Virus record (IMG/VR): IMGVR_UViG_3300045988_062794
DNA length: 64,000 nucleotides
Source of the DNA: a virus
Direction: 5' to 3' (one strand)
The number at the start of each line of letters is the position of its first letter. Position 1 is the first letter of the stretch. Under the pieces are notes generated by a model. That model had not been told where the DNA came from. It worked only from the letters and a program-made list of their open reading frames with translations, and did not search any database. Positions 17,316 to 24,350 of the stretch are shown one piece after another. A program made the position numbers and the translations under genes.

Positions 17316-17437
17316 TGGGAAAAACGAAGAAAGATAGTAGAGAACAAAAGGCTATGCATAGAAAAGATTCTATGCATAAGCCTAAAATGACTCCTTACAA
17401 AAGAGAGTCAAAAAGTAAAAGAATATACGAGAAGTAA
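17315..17437 (+). CDS. 40-aa highly basic micro-ORF (MGKTKKDSREQKAMHRKDSMHKPKMTPYKRESKSKRIYEK)
   Basis: The ATG overlaps the upstream stop (TAATG), suggesting translational coupling. Hand translation. Confidence 0.35.
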   Translation: MGKTKKDSREQKAMHRKDSMHKPKMTPYKRESKSKRIYEK

Positions 17438-17689
17438 CTCGCCAGTTATAACTCTTTTATTAATAACTCTAAAGTTAACGCTTATGAGTATGGTGGTTAT
17501 CCCCAAGCATGTTAAACCTAACGCCCTAAACTCACTAAAATGTATATGAAGATATATACTACGAGTTGTGTATTTATATACAAATGACATAGTAAAAGTT
17601 CTATGTTAATTATAAGAAGGAAAGGAGGTAAGATAGGAATAAGGAATAAGAATACTATCTCATGCTTTTTACTTTAGAAACTTATTTGT

Positions 17690-17956
17690 ATGTTAGAAAG
17701 AATAGAAATTAAAAAACTTGTAAAACAAGCTGTTTCAAGAGATCCACCATTAAACTGGTATCTCTATCATATGTGCATATATGGTCGTTTTATATCAAAA
17801 TTAACTGATTATGTTAGCAGTTTTTGTCTTCGTACAGCGAGAAGTTATGAAACATTAATTAATAATATAATTAGTGGTTATGATCCAGTTAATTTTGTAT
17901 TAGATGATCATAAATATGAACGTAGATCAGTATTTGAAGGTATTTATCATTACTAA
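17690..17956 (+). CDS. hypothetical protein (88 aa)
   Basis: ORF. Confidence 0.45.
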   Translation: MLERIEIKKLVKQAVSRDPPLNWYLYHMCIYGRFISKLTDYVSSFCLRTARSYETLINNIISGYDPVNFVLDDHKYERRSVFEGIYHY

Positions 17957-17982
17957 TTATTAACATTTAAAACATTATCAAA

Positions 17983-18402
17983 ATGGAAGAAAAAGACATT
18001 ATTTCGCAGATCAAAGAAGGTAGAACAGTGAGCAAGTCTATGGTAGAAGAAGTAAATAAGGATATCCTCAAAAACAAAGAGGATGCTCTGAAAAGAGAAC
18101 TTGCAACAGCGCTGGTCGACAGCGAGTACAATGTTTCATACAGCAAACTGAAACTGAAACGTGCTCGTGCATTTGAGGAAGTAGAACGCACTCACATTCA
18201 GGAAACCGGTGCAAATCGGGAATCTCTCATGGCAGGCGGTCTGACTCCGGAAGAGTATAACAAGAAACAGAAGGAAATTGACAAGAAGCGCGAAGAAGAG
18301 CTTCTCAAAGTAAAACAAGAGTACAATACCTATCTTCGTCAGCTGAATGATCAGAATCCGGACATTTCCTGGGATACTCGAAAGAATAGTTTTAATAACT
18401 AA
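17983..18402 (+). CDS. hypothetical charged/coiled-coil protein (139 aa), G+C-rich coding
   Basis: ORF. One 60-nt line (18181-18240) counted by hand is 32/60 G+C. Confidence 0.55.
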   Translation: MEEKDIISQIKEGRTVSKSMVEEVNKDILKNKEDALKRELATALVDSEYNVSYSKLKLKRARAFEEVERTHIQETGANRESLMAGGLTPEEYNKKQKEIDKKREEELLKVKQEYNTYLRQLNDQNPDISWDTRKNSFNN

Positions 18403-18750
18403 TCTACAATCCAGTACTAAAGTGTCTATGTACTAATAGTATGTGTAATGTGAATCTTGAGTAGCATTACAGAGAGGAATAAACCTCTCTACTCAAGTCC
18501 CTTGTGGCAGTAGTAGGATATATGAGCGTATCAAAGACGGCAAGTATGTGTGCCTTAGTGCCAGCTTTTTGCTACATACTTTCTATCAAAGATTTCAAAT
18601 TGAAAACAGTATATGCTTTATGCTAGATTCTATGAGTATGTCTTGTATTTTGTTTAGCATTCAATAAGTCCCAGGCATGGGCAAGGAATCAATAACACTA
18701 TTACAAATATACTCTTTATAGAATCAATACTATTAGTAAATTCTTAGAGA

Positions 18751-18780
18751 GTAAGGAGAGTGATCTCCTTACTTTCACTA
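18751..18780. terminator. hairpin between convergent genes
   Basis: GTAAGGAG (18751-18758) pairs with CTCCTTAC (18765-18772). Lies between the plus-strand 17983..18402 and the minus-strand HNH gene. Confidence 0.4.
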
Positions 18781-18842
18781 TATTCACGGTATAAGAACTG
18801 TGCTGTGTCTTATTAGGCTTATTAATCATTGTTAGGACGGGG

Positions 18843-19388
18843 CTATCGTATGCCCCCATCTCCACTATACTTTTGTGCAATTATATTGCATAATTTAATA
18901 GTATCTTCATGAGACATTGTATTTTTCATATAATTTATTGCAGTAGATATAAATTGTACATTACCAATTTCATATCCTTTAGAAGAATCTATTCTATCTA
19001 AAGATGCAGTATAAATAGGATTATTATGATTTTTAGTATAAGTTGCTAATTGTAATTTAATTCCAGTATATGGACAAATACCGTTTTGTTGTTCCCATAT
19101 TTCTTTTAGATATTCTAATGTTAAATTAAAGTTTTTAAGTCTTTTCTTTGCATTTCTAAGATAATATCTAAAAGGAGTAAATTCATCTTTGCGATTATTT
19201 GAAATAAGATTAATAATATTACCACTTTTATTATTTTTATTTCCTTTCATTGAACAAGATCTACAACAATAATTATGTCTTTTCAATCGTATATTACGAT
19301 TATATTCTGTAATTGGTTTATCATACAGTTGTCCACAATTATCACAAACTATTTGAATTAATTTTCTATTCTGTTTATATTTTAACAT
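18843..19388 (-). CDS. HNH homing-type endonuclease
   Basis: CDNCGxxxxxxxxxxxxxxxxxxxxxxCCRSC zinc-like pairs plus SLDRIDSSKGYEIGNVQFISTAINYMKN (HNH-type). It is the only minus-strand gene inside the plus-strand block. Confidence 0.6.
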   Translation of the reverse strand: MLKYKQNRKLIQIVCDNCGQLYDKPITEYNRNIRLKRHNYCCRSCSMKGNKNNKSGNIINLISNNRKDEFTPFRYYLRNAKKRLKNFNLTLEYLKEIWEQQNGICPYTGIKLQLATYTKNHNNPIYTASLDRIDSSKGYEIGNVQFISTAINYMKNTMSHEDTIKLCNIIAQKYSGDGGIR

Positions 19389-19591
19389 AATATTAAAATT
19401 TTTAATTCGAAAACGTATAATATGTGGAATAGTTCTGTTTCGATATTAAAATATACGGGGATGAACGGTTTTGACTAGCAATTAGAGAGATAAGATAGGT
19501 TCGTTGTGTGTTTAAATGGCAATATTTTTGTCACAGACTATACCGGCTTAGTAGCTGCGTAAGTTTGCGTGCTAACTACGAAAGTGAGGGA

Positions 19592-19657
19592 GATAATATA
19601 GTTCAATGGTAGAATAATGCTTATGCATAGATCTGGGTTCAAATCCCAGTATTATCA
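19592..19657 (+). ncRNA. tRNA-like element 2 (66 nt), anticodon arm replaced by 4-bp stem + TTAT loop
   Basis: GATAATA TA GTTC-AATGGTA-GAAT A ATGC-TTAT-GCAT AGAT CTGGG-TTCAAAT-CCCAG TATTATC A. Twin of 29965..30030. Confidence 0.7.
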
Positions 19658-19675
19658 CATTAAAATTCTATTAAT

Positions 19676-19990
19676 ATGAACAAGGAAGGTATAACGTACA
19701 GTAGTTATCTACAATATGTAGAAGAGAATTTACCGTTATCTTGGCGGAAAGTATCTCAGAAATATAATGTAGAAAAGCAATTGATTGAAGCAATCGCAAA
19801 GTATTGCTATGAACACCTCTTAAAAGGTTGTGAACTATATTATCATCTTCATGAAAATGAATTGATATGTAGTGCTGACTTTAGTAGAGAATCTCAAGGA
19901 ATAGATTGGTGGATGGATTTAAGCTCAGAAGCCAGTATGTTAGAAAACAATGGTTGTATAGAAACATTCTGTGACAATGACAAAGAGTGA
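19676..19990 (+). CDS. hypothetical protein (104 aa)
   Basis: ORF. Confidence 0.5.
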   Translation: MNKEGITYSSYLQYVEENLPLSWRKVSQKYNVEKQLIEAIAKYCYEHLLKGCELYYHLHENELICSADFSRESQGIDWWMDLSSEASMLENNGCIETFCDNDKE

Positions 19991-20372
19991 AAGCAAGTTT
20001 TATAATTACAATTTCAGTTATTTTGATACAGATCAAGGATTTGTATGTGCTGGAATAAGAGACAATGTTGTCGGTATGTATAACTTACTCGTCTCAAAAG
20101 GTGCCAACGTAGTTAATAAAGATGCAGATATAATTAGAATTAGCAGTAAGAAACCTATTGTTTTATTCTGTTTTAACAGCAATACTAGCATTGGCAATAA
20201 ACTTGGTAGTGTCCAGATAATGTCTCATCATTGGTGGAATTATTATCACAACAAAGCACACAGGCATTTGAGTAAAACAAAAATCCATACATATAACTTA
20301 CCTTCGCAATGGAATAAAGTACTGATGGAAGGCTGCGTATGGAAGGAAGTAGAAGTATTAATACCAGAGTAA
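19971..20372 (+). CDS. hypothetical protein (133 aa)
   Basis: ORF. Confidence 0.5.
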   Translation: MTMTKSESKFYNYNFSYFDTDQGFVCAGIRDNVVGMYNLLVSKGANVVNKDADIIRISSKKPIVLFCFNSNTSIGNKLGSVQIMSHHWWNYYHNKAHRHLSKTKIHTYNLPSQWNKVLMEGCVWKEVEVLIPE

Positions 20373-20373
20373 T

Positions 20374-20568
20374 ATGAAAGTAGGTAAAAGAATTTATTTC
20401 GAGAATCAAAATGAGAGAAAAGAGTTCATTGCATTACTAAAGGATGCTAAGGACTCTATAGAAGCTGCCAGAATTATAAGTAAAACTTATAATAAGGATA
20501 TAACAGCTGCTATGGAAATCGCTGAAGTTTATTTTAATTATATCAGAAAGGACGGTAAAAATGAATGA
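20374..20568 (+). CDS. hypothetical protein (64 aa)
   Basis: ORF. Confidence 0.45.
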   Translation: MKVGKRIYFENQNERKEFIALLKDAKDSIEAARIISKTYNKDITAAMEIAEVYFNYIRKDGKNE

Positions 20569-20986
20569 ATTGAAAGAAAGTGGAAGCTATTTAGTAGTCG
20601 TAGAAGGATGCGAAATCATTGCAGTAATAGAAGGATGCGCACCTATGTTACGAATAACTCGTGCATTTAACTTATCTAAGTTCATAGAAGATGGAACAAT
20701 GATCGACAGTAAAGAAGCCGTAGAGGCTATAAGTCAGAATCCTTCTAATTTCAATTTCAAACCATTAAATTTAACTGTTGAGCAATTCTCGTTGCAAGAG
20801 ATTAAACAAGACAAATCATTAGCTTACACTAATAAAGAATACCAAAGATGGTTATCTATCTGTGGTAGTATTGACGATAGTGTTCTAATTAGCAATATCA
20901 TGCTCGAAAAAGGGTTTAGTCATGCACAAGCAAACTTAATAGTTGAACAGTTATGGAAGGACAAAAGAAACTCATTACAGCGGTAG
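20561..20986 (+). CDS. hypothetical protein (141 aa)
   Basis: ORF. Confidence 0.5.
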   Translation: MNELKESGSYLVVVEGCEIIAVIEGCAPMLRITRAFNLSKFIEDGTMIDSKEAVEAISQNPSNFNFKPLNLTVEQFSLQEIKQDKSLAYTNKEYQRWLSICGSIDDSVLISNIMLEKGFSHAQANLIVEQLWKDKRNSLQR

Positions 20987-21432
20987 ATGAGCAAGACTTA
21001 AACAAATATTTAAGGAGTCGATTAGTAGAACCATATCTTCCAAAAGATTTAGTAGAAGATTGGTCTATATTTGGGTCTGTAGTATCAAATGTATATGGAC
21101 CAAACGGTATATTACCACCTGAATACAGAAACAACGATTTAAAACTATGGCTACTACATAAGTTGCAAGTAAAAGCGTTGTTAAAGTATGCTCAGTGGAA
21201 GATTTTCAGTAATATAGCTATGCTAAATAACAGAAGATCCACTGATAATGTATTAACAAGGATATTTGTATCTAAGTTAAACAATTTGGAACTGCCTAAA
21301 GTTTATGCAGATGAAATATTTGATAATTTTCATCTACAATATGTGGTACGCAAGCCTGTCTTTGAAGACTATTTTGTTATCAAAGTATTAGGTTTACCAT
21401 TCGGGTATGAACGAAAGGAGTGTCCTTTTTAG
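20953..21432 (+). CDS. hypothetical protein (159 aa)
   Basis: ORF. Its stop codon overlaps the first base of the minihelix. Confidence 0.5.
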   Translation: MEGQKKLITAVDEQDLNKYLRSRLVEPYLPKDLVEDWSIFGSVVSNVYGPNGILPPEYRNNDLKLWLLHKLQVKALLKYAQWKIFSNIAMLNNRRSTDNVLTRIFVSKLNNLELPKVYADEIFDNFHLQYVVRKPVFEDYFVIKVLGLPFGYERKECPF

Positions 21433-21469
21433 ATAGGTAGGGGTTCGACTCCCCTACTTATCACCACCA
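21432..21469 (+). ncRNA. tRNA-like element 3: acceptor/T-arm minihelix with encoded ACCACCA
   Basis: GATAGGT AGGGG-TTCGACT-CCCCT ACTTATC A CCA CCA. The 7-bp acceptor (one G-U) stacks directly on the 5-bp T stem, with no D or anticodon arm. Confidence 0.6.
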
Positions 21470-21485
21470 TTTAGTTTATTAGCCT

Positions 21486-22046
21486 ATGAAGAGAGAAGAT
21501 GAAGACAATCTAATTAGGCAGGCTAAACTTGGCGATCAGAAAGCTTTTAGTACGCTTTACGACCGTCACAAGCCATTAATTCGATACATTATCTTTGATA
21601 TTGTAAAGAATGATGATGTAGCAGATGATCTCCTATCTGTTACATTTACTAAGGCTTTCAGTCGTATAGACTCATATGTTAATCCTATTTCATTTGAGTT
21701 ATGGTTGAAGAGTATTGCGGTCAATACCTCAATTGATTACATACGACACACTAAGAATGAGAAGCAGAATCATTATATTGATTCCGAGGATAATTACATT
21801 CAATTGCAAGATAGTGAATTGTCTGCAGAAGATATTATATCTAAGCGAGAATCTATTGATCAATTGAAAGTAGCTCTGAGTAGATTGAGGTTTAAGTACC
21901 GTAATATATTAGAATTACGGTACTTTAAAGGCCTCAGCTATGAACAACTCGCAAATGAATTAGCCGTGCCTATAGGAACTATAAAAAGTGACTTAAACAA
22001 GGCTAAAAAGAAATTACGAGAATTCTATAACAAACTTAATAACTAA
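21486..22046 (+). CDS. ECF-type sigma-70 family RNA polymerase sigma factor
   Basis: Region-2-like LGDQKAFSTLYDRHKPLIRYII...DLLSVTFTKAF and region-4 HTH LSYEQLANELAVPIGTIKSDLNKAKKKL. Confidence 0.75.
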   Translation: MKREDEDNLIRQAKLGDQKAFSTLYDRHKPLIRYIIFDIVKNDDVADDLLSVTFTKAFSRIDSYVNPISFELWLKSIAVNTSIDYIRHTKNEKQNHYIDSEDNYIQLQDSELSAEDIISKRESIDQLKVALSRLRFKYRNILELRYFKGLSYEQLANELAVPIGTIKSDLNKAKKKLREFYNKLNN

Positions 22047-22058
22047 TATTTACAAACA

Positions 22059-22439
22059 ATGGCAGAAGTAGCAATTATCGCAATTGTAGTCATCTTATTA
22101 GCCATCATTATCGGTAAGGCCAACCATAGTGATGCATTAATTTGGAGATTACTATTCGTCTTTAGCCTTACTGTTTGCGTATCTGTTGGTCTTCTCTATA
22201 TTCTGAATGAAAAGCCAAAGCTTTCAGCTCAGACTATTGAGAAAGATAGTAAGATGATTATAGATGCAGACACGTCCCACACAGTAAACTTCAACCAGAT
22301 TACAATGGAAGAAGCGTCTTGTGACACTGTGGGTCAGGACACTACATCTTATGATCATCTTACTCGGATACAGTGCATAAACATGATGCCAGCAATTGCA
22401 AAAGCAATAGCTGAGCATGCTATCTTTGATTCTTCATAG
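22059..22439 (+). CDS. membrane protein (two N-terminal TM segments) immediately after the sigma gene
   Basis: 126-aa ORF. Hydrophobic segments are VAIIAIVVILLAIIIG and LLFVFSLTVCVSVGLLYIL. Confidence 0.5.
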   Translation: MAEVAIIAIVVILLAIIIGKANHSDALIWRLLFVFSLTVCVSVGLLYILNEKPKLSAQTIEKDSKMIIDADTSHTVNFNQITMEEASCDTVGQDTTSYDHLTRIQCINMMPAIAKAIAEHAIFDSS

Positions 22440-22522
22440 ATGGTGAGATCTAAAGACATTACTGAGAATGAGAATTAGCTTAAAAGCGTAGTATTAACAA
22501 TTTAAAAAGTATCAAACTTAAA

Positions 22523-23941
22523 ATGGGAAAGAATAAAACAGCAGCAAAGAAGGCTGCACAAGAAAAAGCAGTAGAGACTAAGCAAGGCGAAACTAAAGCC
22601 AAAGTAGAAACAAAGGTAGTAGAAACAAAGGAAAAACCTACAATTAAGGTTGATCCGAAACCGGCTCCTTCACCAACACCAGCACCTAAAGCTGAAGAAA
22701 AACCTACCGAAGAAGGTGGTGTACAGGTTGTTTCTCCTGTTGAACAGTCCTCTGCTCAGCTATCCGCAGAAGTATTCCAGAATGAGGATTTGCGGACGCT
22801 TTTGATGAAGGATGTGCTTACTCCAGAAACTACTATTGATGCAAATCATATGGTAGAGCTGGCAAAAGTTGCAACTGAACGATTCAAAACAAAGGATCAG
22901 AAAGATCCGCGCGTAATCGCAACTAATGAAATGATTGACGATGTAACTGCGTATTGTCTTGCACTTGCAGGAATCAACATGCAGATTCATGGTAAAAAGC
23001 TTGGTTTGTCTGTACCGGTTGAAGCTACCGCAAGTTTCGTACGAACTATGGGCTTCTTCGGTGTAGCTTTGCCTGAAGGTAAAGCAATCGAGGATCCTAA
23101 GAATCCTGGTCAGATGATCTTGCCCTTTGAAGCTTCTGAAGAAGCAGTGAAAACTGTAAAGGAAGAGATCAAGATTCAGAAGAGTAAACCTACGATGGAT
23201 CCGTCATTGTGGAAGAGTGATGACGATGCTAAGAAAGCAGTTCGTTATATCATGTCTGATACCTTGACTAAGGACAATCGCTTCTTAGTTTCTATTTCAA
23301 AGGTAAGAATGTACAAGATGCTTACTTCAGCTAACGAAGACGAAAAGAAGATGTGGGAAAACTCCAGCAATGCTGTTATCCTTGAAGTTATCTTCAACAT
23401 CCTCGGTGATAGCAAGTCAACATTAATGAATGCTATCGGTGGTCAGATTTATTCCGCAGCAGCAACTCGGAAGAATCCAGTCTTAAGCCATCTTATAGCT
23501 AAGCGTAACTTCTCGCAGTTTAGTGACGAAGATATTCGTGATATCACGAAGGTATTCGTTAAATTTAAAGCTGCGGATAGCTCTAAAGACCCTCTTGAAA
23601 ACAACATTGCCTGGGTTGGCTTAACTCAAGGTAAGAAAGAGGATGCTTTACTTTATCCGAAACGTCTCAGTGACTTCGATAAGAATGTGATGAACCGTAT
23701 TGACAACTTATATCCGGACAAAGTTGGCGTACCATCTGATCCTGATTATCGTAGAAAAGCTTCAAACTTGATGATAACGATTATGAACCTGTATAAGGAG
23801 AATGATCTGCTTCCTCAGGTATCTGAAACTGATTACAAACAGGCTGTAGAAGATGCTGTTAAAGCAACTTCAGGTGAAACTGCTCCGAAAGAAGAACCCA
23901 AACCAGCCGAAGACAAAAAGGATAAAGGAGAAAAGAAATAA
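22523..23941 (+). CDS. hypothetical protein (472 aa) with K/E/P/T-rich low-complexity termini, G+C-rich coding
   Basis: Long ORF. Line 22681-22740 counted by hand is 27/60 G+C. Confidence 0.6.
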   Translation: MGKNKTAAKKAAQEKAVETKQGETKAKVETKVVETKEKPTIKVDPKPAPSPTPAPKAEEKPTEEGGVQVVSPVEQSSAQLSAEVFQNEDLRTLLMKDVLTPETTIDANHMVELAKVATERFKTKDQKDPRVIATNEMIDDVTAYCLALAGINMQIHGKKLGLSVPVEATASFVRTMGFFGVALPEGKAIEDPKNPGQMILPFEASEEAVKTVKEEIKIQKSKPTMDPSLWKSDDDAKKAVRYIMSDTLTKDNRFLVSISKVRMYKMLTSANEDEKKMWENSSNAVILEVIFNILGDSKSTLMNAIGGQIYSAAATRKNPVLSHLIAKRNFSQFSDEDIRDITKVFVKFKAADSSKDPLENNIAWVGLTQGKKEDALLYPKRLSDFDKNVMNRIDNLYPDKVGVPSDPDYRRKASNLMITIMNLYKENDLLPQVSETDYKQAVEDAVKATSGETAPKEEPKPAEDKKDKGEKK

Positions 23942-23957
23942 CTCCTAAATCAAAAGG

Positions 23958-24350
23958 ATGAGCCGTTTAACAGATTTTCTTTGGTGCGTATTGTTCGCTT
24001 TTGCAGCGGTTATTATTAGCATCAAATTGAGCCCACAAAGGGTAGAAGCTGTTGAGGTTAAACCTCATTACGAGCTTACAATTCCTAAGGTCGAGCCTAA
24101 GTCTTTTAACTTAGAGCTTGACCTCTCTAAGGGAACAGCGAGAGTAGAAAGTGACGCAGGAATCAGTAACGCTAACGTTACAGTAAATCACCCTGCACCA
24201 CAAGTAATTAACAAACCTGCAAAGGTTAAAATTAAGAAAGTATATGAAACAAAAACTGAGGTGTTGTCGAAGGTCGTGATGTTTAAAATGCCTACCCCAC
24301 GATTGATTCACACAACAACACCTGAGTATCCTACAAGGGTAGTGAAGTAA
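23958..24350 (+). CDS. membrane-anchored hypothetical protein (130 aa)
   Basis: ORF with N-terminal hydrophobic FLWCVLFAFAAVIISI. Confidence 0.5.
   Translation: MSRLTDFLWCVLFAFAAVIISIKLSPQRVEAVEVKPHYELTIPKVEPKSFNLELDLSKGTARVESDAGISNANVTVNHPAPQVINKPAKVKIKKVYETKTEVLSKVVMFKMPTPRLIHTTTPEYPTRVVK

Noticed and set aside
13204-17590. Minus-strand ORFs inside the plus-strand early block (13204..13392, 16515..16706, 16787..17065, 17408..17590)
   Set aside because: They are antisense to, or interleaved with, co-oriented plus-strand genes or spacers. They are short, have no start context, and have low-complexity products.
19457-19657. Calling this locus a bona fide tmRNA (ssrA) gene
   Set aside because: The 5' GGGGATG has no complementary 3' strand. 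No G3-U70 pair is present, no pseudoknots were seen, and the length is only about 200 nt. It is kept as a low-confidence finding, not as a feature.
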